DNA of 64,000 nucleotides, from positions 7,484-71,483 of the forward strand of contig LCNZ01000003.1 in NCBI GenBank assembly GCA_001002325.1, written 5' to 3'. Position 1 is the stretch's first letter, and every line of letters begins with the position of its first letter. Shown here piece after piece: positions 27,797 through 35,198 of this stretch. Under the pieces are notes generated by a model. It had not been told where the DNA came from. It did not search any database and saw only the letters and a list, made by a program, of their open reading frames with translations. This stretch comes from Candidatus Amesbacteria bacterium GW2011_GWB1_47_19 (GTDB lineage Bacteria > Patescibacteriota > Microgenomatia > CAZETR01 > Amesbacteraceae). Both the position numbers and the translations under genes were made by a program.

Positions 27797-28102
27797 TTGT
27801 TCCTTTGGTACAATACTTCACAAATGGCACAGACACAACAAGAATCCTCAGTAGCAACTATCCGTGATGAAGCGTTAGGTCACGCCGATGTACTAAAAAC
27901 CTTACTTTCTATTGCCAAGCACGCAGATACCCCTGTTATTTGTTTGGCTTGTATCAAGTCAAATGCTACCGGAAATGCATGTACCGTTGGTCAAGATATG
28001 CACGGTGAAGTTAGTCGTAAATGGAAGTGGGAATCAGAATATAATTCTCCCTTAATTGATATTTGCCCAGAATTTGTCTCAAACATTGTTGCCAAAAAGT
28101 AA
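27797..28102 (+). CDS. hypothetical protein
   Basis: 101 aa ORF, first gene after tRNA-Trp. No motif recognised. Confidence 0.3.
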   Translation: MFLWYNTSQMAQTQQESSVATIRDEALGHADVLKTLLSIAKHADTPVICLACIKSNATGNACTVGQDMHGEVSRKWKWESEYNSPLIDICPEFVSNIVAKK

Positions 28103-28106
28103 TACT

Positions 28107-28388
28107 ATGCCATCAGAAAACAAAGCCCGCCAAAGACACCACGATTATTATGTTGCCCAACTACGTAAAGGTAAACTGCTGGTAGAAGAACTTCCAAATC
28201 TCCAATTAGCCATGAAAAGGGAAAAAGCGGGTGAAGTAAACCCTCTTTCTGGTGGAAGATTAGATTCGGTGAGGCTATTTTTTGCAACAATGTCCTATAA
28301 TCTGACGAAACTTGTATATGGTCCAAAAAAACTTCATCCCAAACATCAAAACACTGAAACTCATGAGGACGACAATTCCACCAAATAA
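28107..28388 (+). CDS. hypothetical protein
   Basis: 93 aa from the internal ATG (MPSENKARQRHHDYY...) directly after the preceding stop. Confidence 0.25.
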   Translation: MPSENKARQRHHDYYVAQLRKGKLLVEELPNLQLAMKREKAGEVNPLSGGRLDSVRLFFATMSYNLTKLVYGPKKLHPKHQNTETHEDDNSTK

Positions 28389-28581
28389 GCTGGTCCAAAC
28401 CTTGGTTTCAGAAATTTCCCAATCCCCTCCAAACCAAAGTCATACGAGTTCAAACTAAGCCAAATTTGGCGAAGTTTGGCCACTAAGCCCTGGAAAAATT
28501 CTCGGCCTCAGCTATTGGTATCAATCTACATAAAAACATTACAACCCCCAACAGGTATCGAACCTGTAATGTAAAATTAAC

Positions 28582-29184
28582 CTAATGCTTGGGGTACTCT
28601 TGCTTCCAAGCGTCTTGAGTAAGAACTCTAGTCTGAATACCACCGGCTTCTAACTTAGATTGAACATTGCCAACTTTGTGCTCGCTAGAAATCAAAACAG
28701 CTTCAATATATTCAGACTGTAAAGGAATAGATGGCAAATCCGGATATTCGCCTGTGCAATCATAACCCGGCAACTCCATAATTCCCGGTTTAAACACCCA
28801 AGTGGCCATACCTTCCCCCGTCAGGTTCGCCGCTCCCAAACCCCCTCTAACCAAATTACCCTGAGCATCATATCGGTCACGAGTCATCTGCACTACATCC
28901 GGTCTAGCCGTACCCCCAGTCTTTCGACCCAAAGCTTTCTGCATATCCGTCGAAAATAATGCTCTGTCTGTAATTACGCTATCTATTCTATCAACAGGCA
29001 TCTGATGATAATGGTTTAATGGCCCTTTTTCAGTCTCTTTTACTTTCTCCTTCGCAAAATCTCTAACCATTCCCAATGCTTCCTCAGGTTTCAAACCATG
29101 AGCCTTCGAAAACTGGTTCACATCCATGCGTCTTTCTAGCCTGACTCCGGCATGAGAAGACAACCTATTCCTCAAAGAGACCAA
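28582..29184 (-). CDS. hypothetical protein (cassette 1)
   Basis: 200 aa, no recognised motif. Followed on its upstream side by repeat R1. Confidence 0.35.
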   Translation of the reverse strand: MVSLRNRLSSHAGVRLERRMDVNQFSKAHGLKPEEALGMVRDFAKEKVKETEKGPLNHYHQMPVDRIDSVITDRALFSTDMQKALGRKTGGTARPDVVQMTRDRYDAQGNLVRGGLGAANLTGEGMATWVFKPGIMELPGYDCTGEYPDLPSIPLQSEYIEAVLISSEHKVGNVQSKLEAGGIQTRVLTQDAWKQEYPKH

Positions 29185-29350
29185 ATCCTGCTCTCGTTTA
29201 CCCCAACTTCGGCAGCTCTTTGAATTACAGCCTGAAGTCCTAACAATCCTGAAGTATCTACCTTCTGTTCCTTGACTACCCTTACTCCAACAAACTCGGC
29301 AGTTGTGTTGTCAGACATGTCCTAATTCTACACCGATAACCCGATACTAA

Positions 29351-29398
29351 GCTAAATTTGAGCGTACCAGGTTCGAATACTTTCCATCCAAGGCTGCT
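29351..29398 (+). repeat. tRNA-Trp-3'-end-like cassette boundary repeat R1 (short form)
   Basis: GCTAAATTTGAGCGTACCAGGTTCGAATACTTTCCATCCAAGGCTGCTAAAA. Shares CCAGGTTCGAAT with the tRNA-Trp T-arm and ...GCTGC(A/T)AAA with the tRNA 3' end/flank. Confidence 0.6.
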
Positions 29399-29474
29399 AA
29401 AAAATTCCGAAGCTAGTTTTTGTATCAAACTATATCAACGGACAAATGGAATCGAACCCAGGTACTTAAACTCT

Positions 29475-29990
29475 CTACTTATTATCATTCAACATTTTAT
29501 TGTAAAACTTATACTTGGCTTCTTGATAATCCCGATAACTTCTACCATTAAACCTCCACTTCAATTCCTCATATTCTTTCAATAATTTATTGTCTGATCT
29601 TAAAATATCAAAAACTTTAATCTGCCTATTAGGAGGTTCAGTTAGGTAAATTTCAATATCATATCCTTCTTGTTTAAACTTCCATTCTACAAATCGCTTT
29701 TTTACATAATCCCCCTGTTTATTTATTTCACCAAATAACTTCTCCATATCTGGTAAATAATCAGCAAAATCGTTTGCGTCAGCTAAAACATAAATATCAA
29801 CATCCTTCTGCCCGGATATACCTAGAGCCGCTGACCCCATAAATTTAATTACAGCATTTGGAAAACTATTTCTTATTTTCAAAACGATCTCATCACCAAG
29901 CTTTTTTCCAATCGGATCAAACGGAAATACATTTGCCTTCCGCAAGGGATCAATCTTTTTTAGATAATTCCTTTCTTCCCTAGTTAACAC
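29475..29990 (-). CDS. GrpB/minimal nucleotidyltransferase family protein (cassette 2)
   Basis: IKFMGSAALGISGQKDVDIYVL matches the GrpB/Lnu-type NTase motif hIGSTaVpGlaaKpiIDI. Confidence 0.5.
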   Translation of the reverse strand: MLTREERNYLKKIDPLRKANVFPFDPIGKKLGDEIVLKIRNSFPNAVIKFMGSAALGISGQKDVDIYVLADANDFADYLPDMEKLFGEINKQGDYVKKRFVEWKFKQEGYDIEIYLTEPPNRQIKVFDILRSDNKLLKEYEELKWRFNGRSYRDYQEAKYKFYNKMLNDNK

Positions 29991-30010
29991 GCGTTAATTA
30001 TATCAATGAC

Positions 30011-30050
30011 GAGCATAAAAGGTTCGAATGTCTTCCATCCAGAGCTGCAA
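30011..30050 (+). repeat. cassette boundary repeat R2 (short form)
   Basis: GAGCATAAAAGGTTCGAATGTCTTCCATCCAGAGCTGCAAAA. Confidence 0.6.
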
Positions 30051-30083
30051 AATTTATAATTCCGACCGTGGTATACTAAATCC

Positions 30084-30467
30084 ATGAAAGAAGAAGCTAA
30101 AACCTGGCTCGAGCAAGCTGAAGACAGCCTCAAAGACGCCGAGTTTCTCTACTCCGGCTCCAGATACTCAATGGCCGTCTATTGTTGCCACCAAGCCTTG
30201 GAAAAACTGCTCAAAGGTTGCATTATTCAGTTTGCCAACCAGCTTCCCCCCAAATCCCACAATCTGGACGCTCTGGCCCGTCTAACCACACTAAAGTTTC
30301 CTGAAATCTGGTTGGAAGACCTAGCCGAAATCACCCGCCACTTCTGGCGGGTTCGCTACCCCGACTTCCAAAGATTTGTCTATACCTCAAAAGAATCTAT
30401 TGAGCCTACTTACTCCAAGACCCGGGAGGTATTTATATGGATCAGACAGCAATTACCCAAAACCTAA
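30084..30467 (+). CDS. HEPN domain protein (putative toxin of a HEPN/MNT pair)
   Basis: AEDSLKDAEFLYSGSRYSMAVYCCHQALEKLLKGCII...SHNLDALARL fits the HEPN (PF05168-type) helical pattern. Overlaps the following MNT gene by 31 nt. Confidence 0.55.
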   Translation: MKEEAKTWLEQAEDSLKDAEFLYSGSRYSMAVYCCHQALEKLLKGCIIQFANQLPPKSHNLDALARLTTLKFPEIWLEDLAEITRHFWRVRYPDFQRFVYTSKESIEPTYSKTREVFIWIRQQLPKT

Positions 30468-30760
30468 AGGACTATCTTGTCAGACTCAGTAAATTCGTCT
30501 CTATAGACGAAGCTTATTTGTTCGGTTCATCCTCGACAGGAACGGCCAAAGAAGACAGTGATATAGATTTGTTGATTTTATCTCGGGATTTTTCCAAATA
30601 CGATCCCGACACTCGTCTGAAAATCATTTATCGAGCCAGCAGCGGATTCCCCTACGACTTACACGCTTACGGTGTGACCCCGGAAGAATACGCTTCAGCC
30701 TCACCCCTTACCACCCTCGGAGCCATTAGATCCACCAACCCTCCAGCCATTCAAATTTGA
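30437..30760 (+). CDS. minimal nucleotidyltransferase (MNT, putative antitoxin)
   Basis: Classic polymerase-beta NTase motif LFGSSSTGTAKEDSDIDLLIL. Confidence 0.7.
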   Translation: MDQTAITQNLKDYLVRLSKFVSIDEAYLFGSSSTGTAKEDSDIDLLILSRDFSKYDPDTRLKIIYRASSGFPYDLHAYGVTPEEYASASPLTTLGAIRSTNPPAIQI

Positions 30761-30843
30761 GCGTAATAGGTTCGTTCTGTATCGCAGATACAGGAGTGGT
30801 GAGCTAATCGAACCATGCACATGTCTTCCATCCAAGGCTGCAA
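30751..30843 (+). repeat. cassette boundary repeat R3 (long form with internal hairpins)
   Basis: Starts at the MNT stop codon: AAATTTGAGCGTAATAGGTTCG[ttCTGTATCgcaGATACAGgagtggtgagctaatCGAACC]ATGCACATGTCTTCCATCCAAGGCTGCAAAC. Confidence 0.6.
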
Positions 30844-30852
30844 ACAAAAACG

Positions 30853-31086
30853 CTAATCCGGAAAATTTAGGCGGGAAGCACAAGTTGCATCCGTTTTATA
30901 TATAAGGAAATTCCAAAAGGGCTTGTAACACGAAGGTTCTTCTGCACATTTACCGGTAATTCTATTTCTCTCTGCAGGCTGAATACCCATACAAACTCCA
31001 AACAACATATTAAGTACATGGGTTACACCCCACAGCAGCAAAACTACTATTCCAATCCATATCCACCTGGATAAGGGTTTATTCAT
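30853..31086 (-). CDS. small membrane protein, hypothetical
   Basis: 77 aa with two TM helices. Confidence 0.3.
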   Translation of the reverse strand: MNKPLSRWIWIGIVVLLLWGVTHVLNMLFGVCMGIQPAERNRITGKCAEEPSCYKPFWNFLIYKTDATCASRLNFPD

Positions 31087-31335
31087 TAAGATATTTATAT
31101 ACTCATAACTATATTCATATCAAATCTGTTTAAATCCGCCCAGGTGTTCCTCATTTCGTTCACAGGCTTCTGCAAAATAAAAAGTTCGGGACTTATACCC
31201 GGATTTTTTGTTTACAAAGGAAGAATCGTCCGAGCACGCCCCTCACGACTTCCGAAAGCGGAAGCGAAGCTGAGCATTGAGAAACAACAAAGTGCGGTAA
31301 GAAATAGCTTTTGTTGTGCCTTTTCTATAACTACC

Positions 31336-32256
31336 CTACTCCCAACGCCCAGTATCTTTAGGGTCAAATTTTCCATCCTTATCATAAGATTTTCGTGAAA
31401 TTAATCTGTCACACTCCTGTTCTAATGGGCAATCATTATGTCTTTTTTTATTACAACCCTGATTTCCTACATTCCATAACACTTCTGATACTCGTCTAGT
31501 GTCCCAACCGTTTTCATAAGTAACTTGTCCAAGCACCTTGTTTACAGCAGTAGTCACCTGGTGTACGTTTTCCGGCTGCTTGAGCGTCACCCCTCCCGTC
31601 TGAACCAGTACTCTGGCTACCTGAAAATCTACTGGTAATCCTCCTCCATTTGTACCTTGAAATTCATATAGACCATATTGGTTCATCCATTGAACAACCA
31701 ATGCTGACAGCTTTGGACCATATCTGGTAAACACCCCTTTCTTCCGTTTCTCTTCAGTTTTCGCTCTCGGCCGTACCGTCAATGCCTGAACCACTCTTTC
31801 CGCGTCACCACCAAGTTCATCCAGAAAATTCCTAATGTCACTCCCGTATCTTTCACCTAATATCCGAATATTATATGACCACTCTTGGACTACTCTTCTA
31901 TTATATCCTGCCGGTCGGAAAAAACTGGCACAACCAGCCATTATTTTTCCATCATCCCACACTAAAGCCTCACTTGGATTGAATATCCATGAATATTCAG
32001 CTAACCTGTTGGGATCAGTAATCCTGCTAAATAATTTTCCAGTATCGTCACCAAACACAAAAGCGGTCGTTAGGAATACTGCATTTGGTGCAAATTCTGA
32101 TTTACCAGTTTTTCTGCCATAGTCTTTAGCTAACTCAATAAACAACTCTTCTGGCCGAAACACTCCTTCAGAAAAAAATCCCTGTTGTTGTTCCAATGCA
32201 CCCAGAACTTTATTAACAATTAATACTGTTCTTTCTGCATTAATTTCTACGCCCAT
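31336..32256 (-). CDS. hypothetical protein, possibly HhH-fold glycosylase-like
   Basis: 306 aa. The segment GVFTRYGPKLSALVVQWM resembles a helix-hairpin-helix element. Assignment is weak. Confidence 0.25.
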   Translation of the reverse strand: MGVEINAERTVLIVNKVLGALEQQQGFFSEGVFRPEELFIELAKDYGRKTGKSEFAPNAVFLTTAFVFGDDTGKLFSRITDPNRLAEYSWIFNPSEALVWDDGKIMAGCASFFRPAGYNRRVVQEWSYNIRILGERYGSDIRNFLDELGGDAERVVQALTVRPRAKTEEKRKKGVFTRYGPKLSALVVQWMNQYGLYEFQGTNGGGLPVDFQVARVLVQTGGVTLKQPENVHQVTTAVNKVLGQVTYENGWDTRRVSEVLWNVGNQGCNKKRHNDCPLEQECDRLISRKSYDKDGKFDPKDTGRWE

Positions 32257-32300
32257 CTTCCGCGTATTGTACCATCGTTCGTAATTTCTAATCCTATAAA

Positions 32301-32365
32301 GCTAACAGGTTCCAACATAGTGCTTCGACCAGGTTCACCATCCCAGACCCACCTGCCCCTGCAAA
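32301..32365 (+). repeat. cassette boundary repeat R5 (divergent form)
   Basis: GCTAACAGGTTCCAACATAGTGCTTCGACCAGGTTCACCATCCCAGACCCACCTGCCCCTGCAAAA. Shares the end CCCTGCAAAA with the tRNA-Trp 3' end plus flank. Confidence 0.5.
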
Positions 32366-32393
32366 ACAGCCTCGAAAATGATATGATTAACAT

Positions 32394-32660
32394 ATGATTA
32401 ACTGGTCCACTGACGAAATAAAATTTAAAAAAAGCCACCCAAAAGAATATCGTCTTTGGCGACTCACCCAACTAATTAACTACGGCCTGGATGGTGAAAA
32501 GTTAGATAGACACGAGGTTAAACAAGCGTGGACGAAAATTAAAGCCGATTTAGATCCCCACAAAGCAGTATACTTAGAGTATCTTTTATGGGACGTAACA
32601 CCATCCTCACCCCAATTCAACGAAAATTTCTGGAGCTTGTCCAAGCAGAAAAATATTTAA
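32394..32660 (+). CDS. small protein upstream of AbiEii, possible AbiEi-like antitoxin
   Basis: 88 aa, overlaps the downstream NTase toxin gene by 73 nt. Called by position only. Confidence 0.3.
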   Translation: MINWSTDEIKFKKSHPKEYRLWRLTQLINYGLDGEKLDRHEVKQAWTKIKADLDPHKAVYLEYLLWDVTPSSPQFNENFWSLSKQKNI

Positions 32661-33265
32661 CTTCAAAATATTATTGGACGGGCGGGACTGTCCTATCTGA
32701 ATTCTATTTACACCACCGTGACTCCGAGGATATAGATTTATTCACAGAAGCAGATGAAGTTAATTTGCCGAGTGTGAAGGATTTTGTTGGCATTGTAGGT
32801 GCCAAACTAGGAGCCAAGGGCATCAGCTATACCCGATTTTTAGGACTCCACACTTTCGTCCTCACTTTTAATGAGAATAACCAACTAAAAATCGATTTCA
32901 ATTATTATCCTTTTCTTCGTATAAATACCAGTAAAAAATGGAACAATATCAACATCGACAGTATTGAGGATATAGCTGTAAATAAAGTTCATACTATCTC
33001 AGTCAAACCAAGATCCCGTGATTTTATTGATTTGTATTTCTTACTTAAGGACAAAAAATGGGGATTGTCTCTCCCCAAACTGATTGGTCTTGCCAAAGCC
33101 AAGTTTGATTGGGACATAAACCCTATCCAAATGGGTGAAAATTTGGCGAAAGTTGTAACAGTTAAAGATTTACCCCGAATATTGGTGCCATTTGATCAAA
33201 AAGAAATGGAAAATTTCTTGCTAAAAATGGCCAAATCCCTAGATAGCAGTATCTTCAAGAATTAA
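32588..33265 (+). CDS. nucleotidyltransferase AbiEii/AbiGii toxin family protein (DUF1814)
   Basis: YYWTGGTVLSEFYLHHRDSEDIDLF matches the AbiEii signature (GGTALs..Y..hR.SeDlDlf). Confidence 0.65.
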   Translation: MGRNTILTPIQRKFLELVQAEKYLTSKYYWTGGTVLSEFYLHHRDSEDIDLFTEADEVNLPSVKDFVGIVGAKLGAKGISYTRFLGLHTFVLTFNENNQLKIDFNYYPFLRINTSKKWNNINIDSIEDIAVNKVHTISVKPRSRDFIDLYFLLKDKKWGLSLPKLIGLAKAKFDWDINPIQMGENLAKVVTVKDLPRILVPFDQKEMENFLLKMAKSLDSSIFKN

Positions 33266-33353
33266 TTTGTGCGTACCAGGTTCGTTCTGATATCGAAGTG
33301 GTGCGAAGATATCAGGAGGTGAAACCGCACATGTCTTCCATCCAGGGCTGCAT
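33262..33353 (+). repeat. cassette boundary repeat R4 (long form with internal hairpins)
   Basis: Starts at the AbiEii stop: AATTTGTGCGTACCAGGTTCG[ttCTGATATCGaagtggtgCGAAGATATCAGgaggtgaaaCCGCAC]ATGTCTTCCATCCAGGGCTGCATAAA. Confidence 0.6.
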
Positions 33354-33374
33354 AAATTTCCAATCGTATCACCG

Positions 33375-33545
33375 ATGTTAGGTCGGGACATTATTGACGA
33401 AACTGTTTTTTTAGGCGAAATTGCAGGGCAAGTAGACCTTCGCATAGAACCCCACCCGATGATCCCGGAAGACTTTACCGAAAAATACAATCCCCTGGCC
33501 GATGAAGTTAAATCCAACGGCACGCCGCTGAATCTCCCCCGCTAA
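33375..33545 (+). CDS. 56 aa ORF / gene remnant inside a mini-cassette
   Basis: MLGRDIIDETVFLGEIAGQVDLRIEPHPMIPEDFTEKYNPLADEVKSNGTPLNLPR. Protein-like composition, lies between R4 and R6. Confidence 0.2.
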   Translation: MLGRDIIDETVFLGEIAGQVDLRIEPHPMIPEDFTEKYNPLADEVKSNGTPLNLPR

Positions 33546-33615
33546 GTTAGAATCAGGTTCCAACATAATGGTTCGACTTCGCTCACCATCTGCAATGCAC
33601 CAGCCTCTACTGCAT
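33541..33615 (+). repeat. cassette boundary repeat R6 (divergent form)
   Basis: GCTAAGTTAGAATCAGGTTCCAACATAATGGTTCGACTTCGCTCACCATCTGCAATGCACCAGCCTC. Contains an inverted GGTTC...GGTTCGAC pair. Confidence 0.5.
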
Positions 33616-34009
33616 TAAATCTAAATCCTGGTCGAAATTATACTTCCGGAGAGCAACAAATCCTCAGCATTTCCTTCAAACTTAACATATTTCTCATCCC
33701 TTTAAATCAAGCGCAATTGACTGCCAAATTTGCAGTCTGTTCATATATTCAGTAATTTTCTTACTATATCCTCAAACTTCTTTCTAATCCCCGGATCTAA
33801 TATATCCGAGCTGGCATTTGTACCAGGCTTGTTATTGACAATGGAATCATACCCGCCTCCCCACAAATCCTCTTTAACGCACCCTTGCTCAATCAGCAGT
33901 TGCTCCTCATCTACATGCATTTTGGCCCCTCCCAAAATTAGCTTTACCGGTAAATTACTGTAATCCTTCTCACAGACATGAACGCCAGTCCGAATTACAC
34001 TCTGGTTTC

Positions 34010-34399
34010 ATGGCAGACAATCCCCACCACGAGCATCTCGTCAAAGAGCTGACGGATCAGCTGGAACCGGTATTTTCCCGTTCCCCCCAGGCGGTTTATC
34101 TCTACCTTGATGACGAACACAAAATCTGTAACAAAAAATTCGCCGACCTGCTCGGATACCTCTCCCCGCAGGAATGGGTAGACAACCCGAATCCCGTAAG
34201 CGACGTCATTGCGAAAGACCGGGATAAAGTTATAGATGCTTATGTCAAAGCTTCAGACCAATTGAAAGCTTCGACTCTGGTGGTCTCTATGACTACCAAA
34301 AAAGGGCAAAAAATTGCTGTCAAGGTTATTATGACCCCGGTTACCTACCGGGGTGAGGTTTTCGTCCTTCATTTCATCACGAAAGGAGGTGACGCTTAA
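34010..34399 (+). CDS. hypothetical protein
   Basis: 129 aa with no recognised motif. Confidence 0.3.
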   Translation: MADNPHHEHLVKELTDQLEPVFSRSPQAVYLYLDDEHKICNKKFADLLGYLSPQEWVDNPNPVSDVIAKDRDKVIDAYVKASDQLKASTLVVSMTTKKGQKIAVKVIMTPVTYRGEVFVLHFITKGGDA

Positions 34400-34400
34400 A

Positions 34401-34598
34401 ATGACTCAAAAACAATGGGACACCCATCGCCAGCACGTGGATGACCACATTACCTGGCCGGCCACCAAACAGGAAATTGTGGACGCCTGCCAGGGAATGG
34501 ATGTGGAACCGGCAGTCCTGAAAGACTTAAAAACCATGATCCCTGATGGTCCTAAAAAATATACCAAATCAGAGCTGCACGATCAGGTTGTATCCTGA
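34401..34598 (+). CDS. DUF2795-like small protein
   Basis: MTQKQWDTHRQHVDDHITWPATKQEIVDACQGMDVEPAVLKDLKTMIPDG... fits the DUF2795 pattern (...YPAsKqdLid.A...ga...v...L..LP). Confidence 0.45.
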   Translation: MTQKQWDTHRQHVDDHITWPATKQEIVDACQGMDVEPAVLKDLKTMIPDGPKKYTKSELHDQVVS

Positions 34599-34640
34599 AA
34601 AAACAGTTTATCTGCCCTTAGTAGGACTTCTTCTCCGGTA

Positions 34641-34994
34641 TTGCTTGTATGTGTCATAATACAGGTGATGCCGAAGAAGTTGTCCCTGGAATTTATCGCC
34701 TTCCTTCAGGCTCTTGGTCTGCTCATTTACTGCGGTTTTATCGGAAATCTCATGATCAGAGCCAATGCCTGGTTCAGCCCACCTCCTAACTTTCTGGGGC
34801 CCACTCTCTTCCTGCTTTTGTTCATTGCCTCTGCGGTTATCTGTTCCCTGATATTTCTCGGTTATCCTTTCTTATTATTCTGGGAGCACAAAAACACTAA
34901 AAAAGCTATAAAGCTGATACTTATTACCACCGCCTGGACTCTATTCTTTTTCCTCTGGGTCATAGCCGCCATCATTGCTTTTGATATCCGCTAG
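34641..34994 (+). CDS. integral membrane protein, hypothetical
   Basis: 117 aa with four hydrophobic helices. Confidence 0.3.
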   Translation: MLVCVIIQVMPKKLSLEFIAFLQALGLLIYCGFIGNLMIRANAWFSPPPNFLGPTLFLLLFIASAVICSLIFLGYPFLLFWEHKNTKKAIKLILITTAWTLFFFLWVIAAIIAFDIR

Positions 34995-35198
34995 GCCTAT
35001 AATTCCGGGGCGATGACTAAAACCAAGAAGCTCATTTGTACCCTGATGGGCCATAAATTCCTCAAAACCACCCTCGCCCGCCATATCCAGAGGTTTACCT
35101 CCATGGAAAAAAGGTCACACTTCCGGCACTGTACCCGCTGCGGCCACGATACCTACTCCCACGTCGAGTTTGTCTGATCCGTGATAACATAAACCAAA

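Noticed and set aside
29351-33615. Interpretation of R1 to R6 as canonical integron attC sites
   Set aside because: No RYYYAAC / GTTRRRY inverse-core and core sites were found at the ends, and no intI-like gene is present in the window. Only the architectural analogy (imperfect palindromes at cassette 3' ends) is retained in the findings.
29351-33615. R1 to R6 as functional tRNA genes or tRNA pseudogenes
   Set aside because: Only the T-loop/T-stem 5' half and the 3' acceptor/flank are mimicked. No 5' acceptor strand, D-arm or anticodon arm can be folded, and the T-stem 3' strand does not pair.
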